Shown here in pieces: positions 21,468-30,325 of a stretch of 64,000 nucleotides of DNA. Within the stretch, counting starts at the first letter, position 1; each line of letters opens with the position of its first letter. Location of the stretch: positions 1,088,001-1,152,000 of the forward strand of contig CBDCVK010000010.1 in assembly GCA_965223005.1 (NCBI GenBank), read 5' to 3'. Under the pieces are notes generated by a model. The model saw only the letters and a program-made list of their open reading frames with translations. It searched no databases and had not been told where the DNA came from. The DNA is from Terriglobia bacterium. GTDB taxonomy: Bacteria > Acidobacteriota > Terriglobia > JAJPHL01 > JAPKYU01. Position numbers and translations under genes: made by a program.

Positions 21468-21632
21468 ATGACCCAGACTGAACTGAGGCGGTTCACAAGC
21501 TGGCTGGGCAAGCGCAGCTACAAGGTGCGCGTGAAGCGGCTGGGCCTTGAACGCATACAGGAAATTGCTCGCAAGAATGGCAAGCTTGGTGGCAGACCAC
21601 GGGGGAGTGGCAAGAAAGGAAGGAAGCAATGA
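21468..21632 (+). CDS. Small basic protein (54 aa) with a KNGKLGGRP motif
   Basis: Manual translation MTQTELRRFTSWLGKRSYKVRVKRLGLERIQEIARKNGKLGGRPRGSGKKGRKQ; too short for the ORF track. Confidence 0.55.
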   Translation: MTQTELRRFTSWLGKRSYKVRVKRLGLERIQEIARKNGKLGGRPRGSGKKGRKQ

Positions 21633-21792
21633 GGCGCAGACTGCCACGAGGAGTCTTCTTGAGCGGTCAGAGTTCTTCAAGTACTCTTGGGAGCTATTGG
21701 CTATTGAGCCCCTGACAGGACATCCAGGAACACAAAGATGTTCATGGGAAGGGCGCAAAATCAACAGAAATGAGAGAGGAGGGGTTTAGCTC

Positions 21793-21831
21793 GATTACGA
21801 ATCAGGTGCTCTACCATTGAGCTACATCGGC
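21793..21831 (-). repeat. att-type repeat: tRNA-Thr nt 1-39 (orphan 5' half)
   Basis: Exact copy of 17967-18005, ending 2 nt past the anticodon loop. Confidence 0.92.
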
Positions 21832-21840
21832 ACTGAAGTC

Positions 21841-21870
21841 ATCATAGCAGCGCGCCGCAACGGCTGTCCA
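21841..21870 (-). promoter_or_regulatory. Sigma70-like promoter upstream of the orphan tRNA 5' half
   Basis: TGGACA-N18-TATGAT with an extended TG, 9 nt before tRNA position 1. Confidence 0.6.
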
Positions 21871-21904
21871 CGGGCGCACGCTGAGGATCGTCAGCTGGAT
21901 CGGA

Positions 21905-22819
21905 TCAGTGAGGCGAGTCCCAGCGGAGGCCGACCGCATAAGCCATCGCATAGTGGAGCGTGTCATGGAATGCGGGCGACAGGTCGGTAAGTACGCGGCC
22001 GTACCACCGACGAGGTCGGCCAGGAGAGCGAAAGCAAGAGCCAGGCTGCAGCATCACTAGCCGGCCCTTGAAGGGCATCGAGTCGGCGGCGCGAGCGGAT
22101 CCCAGCCTCGGATACTTGACCAGTGTGTTCCACCAGCCGTCGGTCGGATCGCTCTCGTCCGGGACGAAGTGGCTGAGGCTGACGAAGGCGTTTTCGAACG
22201 GGAGCGGTTCCAGCCAGTCACAGGTTTCGGCCGGCCCCAGCAGTTCGAAAGCGCCGCGACCGATCGCGCGGCGCTTTCCGAACCCGGAGCGCCCCAGAGA
22301 GCGCAACAGCACAGCCAGCCGCTCCAGCCACTCCTCCTCGGCGCGGATGTAAAGTGACAGGAAGCGCTCCTCCTGCGGGACCTCAGGGAGCCAGGTGTAC
22401 TCTTCGACTGCAAACGGGACGGGATCAGCGCCGTCACGCGGAATCGACGCGTGCGTGGGGCGCAGGGTAATCCACCAATGCTGCCGCGGCAACGGCAGCG
22501 CGTAGCTCTGCCCCTCCCGGATGGTAACGAACTGCTGGCGCGTGACCCAGCGCGCCGCCTCCCATGTTTTGCCTTCCTCGGGCGCGCCGGCGTTACCGTC
22601 GGGAACCGCACACAGCGGGCGCGGCAGCAGGTCGGCGGGAGCGGCGTCGGAGAGCAAGAAGGGCGGGGGCCCCTGGCGGAACCGTCTGAGCAAGCGGCTG
22701 AGGGCGTTTTCTCCGGCGCTGTGGGCGATTTCCCAACACAGCGCGCCGAACACCGTGTCGGCCTGCCAGGGCGTCGCCCAAGGGGCCAGGGGCCGAAGGC
22801 AGAAGCGCGCCGATTTCAT
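21905..22819 (-). CDS. csm4: Type III-A RAMP Csm4 (Cas5 group)
   Basis: PLAPWATPWQADTVFGALCW, PFLLSDAAP..LPRP, G-loop GFGKRRAIGRGAF, FVSLSHFVP, MLQPGSCF, HYAMAY. Confidence 0.85.
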   Translation of the reverse strand: MKSARFCLRPLAPWATPWQADTVFGALCWEIAHSAGENALSRLLRRFRQGPPPFLLSDAAPADLLPRPLCAVPDGNAGAPEEGKTWEAARWVTRQQFVTIREGQSYALPLPRQHWWITLRPTHASIPRDGADPVPFAVEEYTWLPEVPQEERFLSLYIRAEEEWLERLAVLLRSLGRSGFGKRRAIGRGAFELLGPAETCDWLEPLPFENAFVSLSHFVPDESDPTDGWWNTLVKYPRLGSARAADSMPFKGRLVMLQPGSCFRSPGRPRRWYGRVLTDLSPAFHDTLHYAMAYAVGLRWDSPH

Positions 22820-22898
22820 GCGAGTGAGGCAGGCGGCTGGGCCCGGGCAAACTGACCGCTGTGCCGTAGAGCTTGGCTGGCGGGCAGAGGACGCCGCT

Positions 22899-23567
22899 TC
22901 ATACTGTCACGCTCTCCAGCGTCATCGGGTCCACGCTGATGTTTTCAAAGCGCACTTGGCCGGAGCCCCGGCTGGCGCCGGCGCCCAGCGCTCCAATCTC
23001 TTGAATCAGCCCCAACCCTTTTCGGACAAACTCCAGCATCTTGACCGGCTCATCGCCGTCATAGACGTGAATCAGGATTTCCATCTGGAACTCAGCGTCC
23101 CAAACGCGCTCCTGCCAGCGGGGATGATCGGCGGTCCCTCGGTCGCGATCCACCAGGTTCTCCGCTTTCTCCTCGACGAGCGAGCGGCCGGCAGCCTCCA
23201 ACTCGTGCAGCTTGCGGCCGGACTCGGCCGTCAACGGCGCGTCGCGCACCACGGTGCGGGTGGGAGAGGTTTCGGCCTGAGGCCGCCTGTGGGCGCCGAA
23301 GAGAAGGCACACCAGGCAATCCTTCTGTCCGCAATTGCAGGGGTCGCCGTTGCGGCCCTTTCCCTCCACCTTCTCCAGCATGGCGCGCAGTCGGCCTTTG
23401 AGCGTGGAGCCGGGAATGTAGGGCTCGCCGTTAATGGGATTGCGGATGATAGTGAAGTCAACCAAACCTCCCTCTTCCAGCCAGCTGGGGGGCCCCCCGA
23501 TGCGCAACCCTCCATTGGGGACGCGGATCAACCCGCGCAGGCGCAAGCAGCCAACCAGTTTCTTCAT
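22899..23567 (-). CDS. csm3: Type III-A RAMP Csm3 (Cas7 group)
   Basis: GLRIGG...GGLVDFTIIRNP..GEPYIPGSTLKGRLRAMLE, CNCG..DCLVCLLFG, KAENLVDR, PRWQERV, LGAGASRGSGQV. Confidence 0.93.
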   Translation of the reverse strand: MKKLVGCLRLRGLIRVPNGGLRIGGPPSWLEEGGLVDFTIIRNPINGEPYIPGSTLKGRLRAMLEKVEGKGRNGDPCNCGQKDCLVCLLFGAHRRPQAETSPTRTVVRDAPLTAESGRKLHELEAAGRSLVEEKAENLVDRDRGTADHPRWQERVWDAEFQMEILIHVYDGDEPVKMLEFVRKGLGLIQEIGALGAGASRGSGQVRFENISVDPMTLESVTV

Positions 23568-24340
23568 CGGCGCTCCTTTCTCTGATGCAGCAGGCCCCCG
23601 GCGTAGGCAACTACGGCCTGGAAGTGCTGGGCGAAGGCGAGCAGGGTCTTTTCGTCGGTGACTCGGTCCACGTTGGCCTCCAGGAACTGGCGGAACAACT
23701 CAGGGATCTTGCGGCGCGCCGCGCGCTCGGCGGCAAACGGCTTCAACTTCTGAATCTCGTTCAACACCAGCTCGATCGGCTGACCGCCGAACCTGCAAGA
23801 GGCAACCGCGCGTTTGACGTGGTTGTGAAAGGCGCGCAGCTGGTGTGCCGTAGAGTCCGTTGGAGGCCAGGCAACCCCCTGGGCAATCTGCTCGGCCCAA
23901 CGGGTGATCAGTTCAGAACGCAGCGAGCCCGCCGGCGTGAAGTAGCCGCCTTCCAGGTAGCCGGCCGGCAAGCCGTGAACCGTCTCCGGAGCAATTCCGC
24001 GACCGGGGCCGCGAGCGCGGGTCCGGGTCGCGGGCAGCCGATCGCGGCGGGGCGCGCGCGCTCGCGCGGGCTCTGCGCGGCGCTCGACCGTCTCCGGAGC
24101 CGCGGCTGCAGTCTCGGCCGGTTTTGTGGAGCTGGGCTTCTCAGCGACTTCCCCTGCTTCGGTCGCCGCTTCGGCGGTGCGCTCGGTGCGCACCGCGGCA
24201 ATGCATTCGACGCAGAGCTTGTGTTGTGGCCGCGCCGGGCGGAACATCTTGGCGCAGCGAGCGCAGGCTTTTTCCGCCGGGGGCTCCGGCGGTTCGGACT
24301 TCACGCCCGCCTTACGAAGGGCATCTTCCATACTCCCCAT
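23564..24340 (-). CDS. csm2: Csm2 (Cas11 small subunit) with N-terminal Cys4 zinc ribbon and low-complexity linker
   Basis: C-terminal helical domain with QLRAFHNHVK, LKPFAAERAARRKIP..F..F and FAQHFQAVVAY; sits between cas10 and csm3 with an ATGA overlap; N-terminal CARC...CVEC. Confidence 0.8.
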   Translation of the reverse strand: MGSMEDALRKAGVKSEPPEPPAEKACARCAKMFRPARPQHKLCVECIAAVRTERTAEAATEAGEVAEKPSSTKPAETAAAAPETVERRAEPARARAPRRDRLPATRTRARGPGRGIAPETVHGLPAGYLEGGYFTPAGSLRSELITRWAEQIAQGVAWPPTDSTAHQLRAFHNHVKRAVASCRFGGQPIELVLNEIQKLKPFAAERAARRKIPELFRQFLEANVDRVTDEKTLLAFAQHFQAVVAYAGGLLHQRKERR

Positions 24341-24355
24341 AATCGCAATCCAAGA

Positions 24356-25951
24356 TCAAGTGCCGGCGTCCAAGGATGCGTACGCCACAAGAAATTCTAT
24401 CCACGTCCGGTCGGAATTTTCATCATCCTTTAGCAGGCGGCTAGCCCAGGCCCGCGCCGGGCGATGCTTCACGCGAGGGTCCCGGACCGCCGCGGCCAGC
24501 AGCGGGCGCCCGCGAGCTTCCCCGCTTCGGCTGGAGACGCAGCCTTCGGCCAGGCGGCGCAGCCAGGCCCGGGTGACGGCCCGCCGCTGAAGCCAATCGG
24601 CCAGCGCTCTTGCGGTCTTGAGCAACGAGGCCACCCGCCCCCACTCAATCGCGGTTCCGAAGGCGTACAGACGGTTCCCGCCCGCGTCCTTGGCTTGCCG
24701 CATTGCTTCGGTGGCCAGCTCGACGCCGGCGCGCAGGGTCGCGTGTGGCGGCAACAAGCTCAGGCCGGCCGAAAACGTTAACCCGTCGCCCACGAGTGCC
24801 TGGAAATCCTGCTCGAGACGCAGCGCAAGCTCGAGCGTGTCTTTCCAGGGCCCGATCAGCAGCAGGTCATCGCCGCCGCCAAAGACCGGGAAGACCAGTG
24901 GGAAGTCGCTTTGCAGCAGGTGGTGGAGATGTTCGCCGAAGAAACCATCCAGCAGGCGGCTGAGCGCCACACTCCGCTCCGGATCCCCTGCCAGGGCGGC
25001 GAACGCCAGGGCAGCACGGTCCACGTCAGCGCAAAGATAACCCAGCACGTTCTTGCTGCCTCCGGTCCGATGCGCCAATTCCTCGAGACTGGCCGGATGC
25101 CCATTTGGCGCGGGCAGGCGGCGCAGCAGCGGCCAGGATTCACTATCGAGGCGCAATTGAACTGCAAACGCATCTGCCGGGGGCGAAAACTTCAGACCCA
25201 AGCCTGGGCCGGGCAGGTCGGCTTCCGGCTCCGGGCAAAACCAGGAGCTTTCGATGTCAGGCAGGCGAGCGGCAAGCTCGTGGTCGGCGGCGCAGGCCTT
25301 ACATAAAGTTTCTTCATCCCTAACCTGCACAGAAGTCACGGTGGCGCAGCCGGAACATAGCCCGGTGTCTGCACCGGCAGGCTCAACAAATGCCCGTCCG
25401 TTCCAACGCAAACCGATGCGCAGGGCCCCTTCCAGCGGTTGCCGGCGGCGTTGCCTAAGGCGCTCTGCCAGCTGGTCCCAAGGCAACCGGTCGCCTTCGC
25501 AGATCGCGCCAGCCAAGTGAAGTTCGAGCTCCCCTGCCGGGACCCACTGTTGGAACAACCAAATGTCAAATTCGCGCTGGAGCGATTGAAGAGTCTCTTC
25601 CCATCCTGCCTTGGCGGGCCCCACCAATAAGAATCTGCTCGCGGCACGGAGTAGGCAAACCAGACCCAACCGCTCGGTCAAGCGCCGTGCCAAGAGCTCG
25701 CCGAGCGCTGCCGTGCGGAACGAGCGCGCGCGAAGCCGTTGGGCGGCGGCTCCCGCTGCCGGAGTCGGCCGGATGACATACCGCAGAACGCCGCTCAACG
25801 TCCCTTCGACCACCAGGTTGCCGGCGCGGACCTCCGCAACCGGGGCCACCTCCGCGGGCAGCGAGCCCTCTCCACGCCAAATGGCAGCGAACTGAGGCAA
25901 GCCTCGCTGGACTTCCCCTTCTGCCGTCGCCTGCTCGAGTTCCGGTTCCAT
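24356..25951 (-). CDS. cas10: Cas10/Csm1-like protein lacking the HD nuclease domain
   Basis: Palm1-like GTLSGVLRYV...QRLRARSF; Zn finger CSGC...CKAC; Palm2 GYLCADVD, SRLLDGFF, VFGGGDDLLLIGPW, LTFSAG, AKDAGGN..FG...W; 531 aa. Confidence 0.88.
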   Translation of the reverse strand: MEPELEQATAEGEVQRGLPQFAAIWRGEGSLPAEVAPVAEVRAGNLVVEGTLSGVLRYVIRPTPAAGAAAQRLRARSFRTAALGELLARRLTERLGLVCLLRAASRFLLVGPAKAGWEETLQSLQREFDIWLFQQWVPAGELELHLAGAICEGDRLPWDQLAERLRQRRRQPLEGALRIGLRWNGRAFVEPAGADTGLCSGCATVTSVQVRDEETLCKACAADHELAARLPDIESSWFCPEPEADLPGPGLGLKFSPPADAFAVQLRLDSESWPLLRRLPAPNGHPASLEELAHRTGGSKNVLGYLCADVDRAALAFAALAGDPERSVALSRLLDGFFGEHLHHLLQSDFPLVFPVFGGGDDLLLIGPWKDTLELALRLEQDFQALVGDGLTFSAGLSLLPPHATLRAGVELATEAMRQAKDAGGNRLYAFGTAIEWGRVASLLKTARALADWLQRRAVTRAWLRRLAEGCVSSRSGEARGRPLLAAAVRDPRVKHRPARAWASRLLKDDENSDRTWIEFLVAYASLDAGT

Positions 25952-26149
25952 CTTCCCGGGGGACGATGCGTGTCACGACAGGTGAAAAAGCACTAAGAGC
26001 GGCAGTCTATCCGAGAGACCGGGCTTTGCAAGCCAATTATAATCGTGTCCGAGGACGCATGATGCTGTCCTTCTCGAACTGGCTTTCGAGGCCCAGCGCG
26101 TCTTAACTCAGAGCCAGGTCAGTGCCAGCGACTGTGCCAGCCAGCAGCC

Positions 26150-26803
26150 ATGCCTGAGCTCCGAACCGCCTGGGTGACCTTCGACTGCTACGGCACCCTG
26201 ATTGACTGGGAGTCAGGCATTCAGCAGTTCCTGCGCACCCACCCAGGTCGGGATGACCTGCTGGCGGAATGGGAAGAGATCCAGGTCCGCATGATCCAGG
26301 GTCCTTACCGGCCCTACAAGCAGGTCCTGGCTGACAGCCTTCGTGAGACGCTTCAGGCGCACGGGCTAGAATTTCGGCCGGAACTAAGCGAGGCTTTCAT
26401 TCGCTCGCTCCCCAGGTGGAAGCCATTTTTGGAGACGAATTCTGCGCTTGAGGCTTTGCGGGCCAGGGGGCTTAAGCTCGGCATCATCTCCAACATTGAC
26501 GATGACCTGCTGGCCCAGACAGTAGAACAGTTCACCGTTCGCTTTGACCTGCTAGTGACCGCCCAGCAGGCGGGCGCCTACAAACCGGCCCACGCCGGAT
26601 TTCGGCTGGCGCTGTCGCGGATTGGTCTTCCCGCCCGTCAGGTGACCCACGTGGCCTTTGGCGACCGCTACGACCTGGCCACCGCCCGGGCCTGCGGGAT
26701 GCAAGTAGTTTGCGTGAACCGCCAAGGCAAGGCGTTGGCCACACCCGTCGACGCAGGAGTTCCAGACCTGTCGGGGCTGGAGGAAGTCATCATACGGAGT
26801 TAA
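26150..26803 (+). CDS. HAD-superfamily hydrolase (haloacid dehalogenase type II-like)
   Basis: TFDCYGTLIDWE, ISNID, AYKP, HVAFG..YD. Confidence 0.9.
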   Translation: MPELRTAWVTFDCYGTLIDWESGIQQFLRTHPGRDDLLAEWEEIQVRMIQGPYRPYKQVLADSLRETLQAHGLEFRPELSEAFIRSLPRWKPFLETNSALEALRARGLKLGIISNIDDDLLAQTVEQFTVRFDLLVTAQQAGAYKPAHAGFRLALSRIGLPARQVTHVAFGDRYDLATARACGMQVVCVNRQGKALATPVDAGVPDLSGLEEVIIRS

Positions 26804-26822
26804 CAGGCGGAGTTAACAGGAG

Positions 26823-28046
26823 CTATCCGCTGAGAGCAATGGCCTGAAGGGCACGGACTTCGCCGCTGCGAAATTCGTATTTCTCCAGGCGGGTGGTGTT
26901 GACCCCCTGCTCCACCAGCGCGGGTACGTCCAGCGCCGCTTCGGCGCGGTCCAGTTCTTCCGGGCGGGCGTGCAGGGCCGGAGCGCGCGGCTGAAACAGT
27001 GGGCAGCAGTCCTGGAACGGCTCGGAGGAGATGGCGAAGCTGCCCAGGCGCTCGGCCACTTGCAAGATTTCCAGCTTGTCCTCGCCTATCAGCGGGCGGT
27101 AGACGGGCAGCGTGGCTGCCCGGTCAACAGCCTGCAAGTTGTGCAGGGTTTGTGACGCCACCTGGGCGACGCTGTCGCCGGTGATCAGGCCCAGGGCGTG
27201 CTCGCGGCGGGCCAGACGCTCGGCGATCCGCAGCATCATGCGGCGGTAGAGCAGAATGCGATAGGGCTCCGGCGCGGCGGTCACGATCTGCCGCTGGATG
27301 GGCTCGAAGGGCACCAGGTAGAGGCGCGCCGTGAACTGGTAGGGGGCCAGAAGCCGTACCAGCTCCTGCACGACGGGGGCGGAGGATTCACCCGGCCGCG
27401 AGGGGAGCGCGTGAAAGTGAGTAAACACCACGTGCACGCCCCGCTTCATCATTTTGTAGGCGGCCACCGCGGAGTCGTAGCCACCCGAAAGCAGGCACAC
27501 CAGCCGGCCCGCGGTGTTGGCCGGCATGCCTCCTGGGCCGGGCAGCTTCTCGCTATAGATGAGCGCCGAACCGGCGGTGATCTCCACAAAGCAGGTGAGC
27601 CCTGGGCGGCTCAGGTTGACGCGAGCGCCGGGATGGCCGGCGGCCCGCAGGCGATCCAGCAGGTACTGCCCCGCCAGACGCTCCATCTCCGAGGTGCCAA
27701 GGGGGAAGGACTTGTCGGCGCGCTTGACGCGTACGGCAAAGCTTTCAAACCCACGCCCGCCAACCTCTTCCCAGGCCGCGGCGCAGATTGGTTCCGGGTC
27801 GGCCTCCACGCGCCGGGCGACCGCGAAATAGACCAGGCCAAACACGCGCCCGAGCCGCGCGACGGCAATTTCCACCGATGCATCTTCCAGAAGGTCAACC
27901 AGGATGCGGCTGTGGGCGATCCGCGCGTGATGCGGAAGCGGATCCAGGCTCTGCCGGACGGCGATCAATAACTTGCCCAGGAAGAAGTTGCGGTTCCCTC
28001 CCTTCAGCCACAACTCGTGAAAGTGCAGGACCAGAGTGCGCGTCAT
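26823..28046 (-). CDS. thiI: tRNA 4-thiouridine(8) synthase ThiI (short form, no rhodanese domain)
   Basis: ELWLKGGNR, THUMP domain, LLSGGYDS PP-loop, GDSVAQVASQTL, DCC. Confidence 0.93.
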   Translation of the reverse strand: MTRTLVLHFHELWLKGGNRNFFLGKLLIAVRQSLDPLPHHARIAHSRILVDLLEDASVEIAVARLGRVFGLVYFAVARRVEADPEPICAAAWEEVGGRGFESFAVRVKRADKSFPLGTSEMERLAGQYLLDRLRAAGHPGARVNLSRPGLTCFVEITAGSALIYSEKLPGPGGMPANTAGRLVCLLSGGYDSAVAAYKMMKRGVHVVFTHFHALPSRPGESSAPVVQELVRLLAPYQFTARLYLVPFEPIQRQIVTAAPEPYRILLYRRMMLRIAERLARREHALGLITGDSVAQVASQTLHNLQAVDRAATLPVYRPLIGEDKLEILQVAERLGSFAISSEPFQDCCPLFQPRAPALHARPEELDRAEAALDVPALVEQGVNTTRLEKYEFRSGEVRALQAIALSG

Positions 28047-28131
28047 CCGATTGCTCTAATTGTAGCGCACGGAGCGAAAGGAGAGTGTTGGACGATGCTA
28101 TGGAGGCCGGAATGCTACAGAGGCCGAAATT

Positions 28132-29682
28132 TTACAGGGGAATGTTGCCGTGCTTCTTCCGCGGCATGGTGTCGCGCTTGTTCTCGAGCATCCTCAGGCC
28201 CGTGATCAGCTTGGGGCGGGTGAAGCGTGGCTCGATGACGGCATCAATGTAGCCGCGCTCAGCGGCGATGTAAGGATTGGCAAAGCGCTCACGGAAATCC
28301 CGGGTTTTCTCGCCCCGCATGGCGTCTGCGTCCTGGGCTGCCTGGAGGTCGCGGCGGTAGACGATGTTCACCGCGCCTTCCGGGCCCATGACGGCGATTT
28401 CCGCCGTCGGGTAGGCGTAGTTGATGTCGGTGCGAATGTGCTTAGAGCCCATCACGCAGTAAGCCCCGCCGTAGGCTTTGCGTGTAATAACAGTCAGCTT
28501 GGGCACCGTAGCCTCGGCGAACGCGTAGAGCAGCTTGGCCCCGTGTCGGATGATTCCGCCGAACTCCTGCTGCGTGCCCGGCAGGAATCCGGGGACGTCC
28601 ACAAAGGTGAGGAGGGGAATGTTGAAGGCGTCGCAGAAGCGCACGAACCGCGCGGCTTTGACCGAGGAGCTGATGTCCAGCGTGCCGGCCATCATCGCCG
28701 GCTGGTTCGCCACGACGCCCACCGGGCGTCCGTCCAGCCGCGCGAAGCCCACGACGATATTTTGCGCGAAGTGCTCCTGCACCTCGAAGAAGTAGCCCTC
28801 GTCCACCACCCGGTGGATGATTTCCTTGATGTCGTAAGGCACGTTGGACTCGTCCGGCACAATGCCATCCAGCGCAGGATCGGCTCGGTCCGCCGGGTCG
28901 GTGGTGGCGCGCCGCGGCGGGTCCTCCAGGTTGTTGGAAGGCAGGAAGCTGAGCAGCTCGCGGATCATCGACAGGCACTCGGGATCGTCGCGCGCAATGA
29001 AGTGAGCGACGCCGCTGACGGCATTGTGGGTCATGGAGCCGCCGAGCTCCTCCTTGGTGACCTGCTCGTGAGTGACGGTGCGGATCACGTCGGGCCCGGT
29101 GACGAACATGTAGCTGGTGTTCTTCACCATGACCGTGAAGTCGGTGATGGCGGGCGAATAGACGGCGCCGCCTGCGCACGGGCCCAGAATGGCGGAAATC
29201 TGAGGGACTACGCCGCTGGACAGGGTGTTGCGCAAGAAGATGTCGGCGTAGCCGGCCAGCGACGCCACACCTTCCTGGATGCGGGCGCCGCCGGAATCGT
29301 TCAGGCCCACCACCGGCGCCCCGTTCTTCACAGCCAGGTCCATCAGCTTGCAAATCTTGGCCGCATTGGTTTCCGACAACGAGCCGCCGAAGACGGTGAA
29401 GTCCTGGGCAAAGACGTACACCAGTCGCCCCTCAACGCGGCCGTAACCGGAGACGACCCCGTCGCCCAGCAGCTTTTGCGATTCCATGCCGAAGTCGGTG
29501 CAGCGGTGGGTAACCTGCTTGTCCAGTTCTTCAAAGCTCCCCTCGTCCAGCAGCAGTTCGACCCGCTCGCGGGCCGACAGCTTGCCCTCGCGGTGCTGCC
29601 GCTCGATGCGTTCGGGGCCGCCGCTGGCTTCCGCCGCCGCGTGGCGCCGGTGCAATTGTTCCAGACGCTGTTCTCGGGACAT
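28132..29682 (-). CDS. Acyl-CoA (propionyl/methylmalonyl-CoA) carboxylase/carboxyltransferase beta subunit
   Basis: [47 protein letters not shown]. Confidence 0.95.
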   Translation of the reverse strand: MSREQRLEQLHRRHAAAEASGGPERIERQHREGKLSARERVELLLDEGSFEELDKQVTHRCTDFGMESQKLLGDGVVSGYGRVEGRLVYVFAQDFTVFGGSLSETNAAKICKLMDLAVKNGAPVVGLNDSGGARIQEGVASLAGYADIFLRNTLSSGVVPQISAILGPCAGGAVYSPAITDFTVMVKNTSYMFVTGPDVIRTVTHEQVTKEELGGSMTHNAVSGVAHFIARDDPECLSMIRELLSFLPSNNLEDPPRRATTDPADRADPALDGIVPDESNVPYDIKEIIHRVVDEGYFFEVQEHFAQNIVVGFARLDGRPVGVVANQPAMMAGTLDISSSVKAARFVRFCDAFNIPLLTFVDVPGFLPGTQQEFGGIIRHGAKLLYAFAEATVPKLTVITRKAYGGAYCVMGSKHIRTDINYAYPTAEIAVMGPEGAVNIVYRRDLQAAQDADAMRGEKTRDFRERFANPYIAAERGYIDAVIEPRFTRPKLITGLRMLENKRDTMPRKKHGNIPL

Positions 29683-29880
29683 GCCGTCATTCTAGTCCAA
29701 AGTTGAATGCCGAGGGTCCAAAGTCCTTGTCCGAAGGCATTTCACTGCCCGAAGGCATTTCAATGTTGGTTATGAGGCTTCAGGCGGGGACGTGACCCCA
29801 AAGATTGTTAGGAGCCGCCGGCGTGGGTGCTATACTCAATCACGCGGGCAACAAGTTACAAGCAAACGCGAAGGCAACAA

Positions 29881-30207
29881 ATGGTCAAGCACTTGCAAAC
29901 GGCATCGCTGATTTGTTGGGCAATTTTCGGCTGGGCCATTGCGGCTGAGCTGGATTTGTTGCCCCGTCTGGGCGAGTTAGCCTGGTCTCGCTGGCAGGTC
30001 AGCTTGCTGGCTGGGCTTGCGCTCTGGAGCACCGGGGACCGCCTGGCGGATTGCCGCTGCCGCTGCTGCGGAGCTTCCGAGGTGCTTCTTCGCGGGCTGT
30101 TGACGCGGTCCCACGAGCTGCTGTGTCACCGTTGCCTGCGCTGGAATCCTTCGCTGGGCTCGCAGGCTCCGGCCCCTTCCCAAGCCTCGCTATCCTCCGA
30201 ATCTTAG
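29881..30207 (+). CDS. Small membrane protein with C-terminal Cys motifs
   Basis: Two hydrophobic segments, then CRCC...CHRC. Confidence 0.5.
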   Translation: MVKHLQTASLICWAIFGWAIAAELDLLPRLGELAWSRWQVSLLAGLALWSTGDRLADCRCRCCGASEVLLRGLLTRSHELLCHRCLRWNPSLGSQAPAPSQASLSSES

Positions 30208-30325
30208 CACCCCATCTTAGAAGAGGATAAGCAGCCACACAGACTGGCAGACCTGTGCCGCCATGTCATGAGCACTCGGGAATCGAGGCCAGTTTGAAAG
30301 CGCGGGTTGGAGTCCGGAGGCGAGA

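Larger units (their letters stand above)
17967..21831. mobile_element. Degenerate integrative element at tRNA-Thr, bounded by 39-bp direct repeats of the tRNA 5' half
   Basis: GATTACGAATCAGGTGCTCTACCATTGAGCTACATCGGC at 17967-18005 and 21793-21831; integrase adjacent to the left repeat. Confidence 0.85.

Noticed and set aside
25952-26149. Possible mini CRISPR array or leader upstream of cas10 (also the 79-bp csm3-csm4 gap)
   Set aside because: No repeated 25-40 bp unit is visible, only a small hairpin CTCGAA..TTCGAG. A single degenerate repeat cannot be excluded by eye.
26150-26803. HAD hydrolase as the Cas10 effector or ring nuclease
   Set aside because: It is divergently transcribed, looks like an ordinary type II HAD and has no CARF/SAVED domain; adjacency is the only link.
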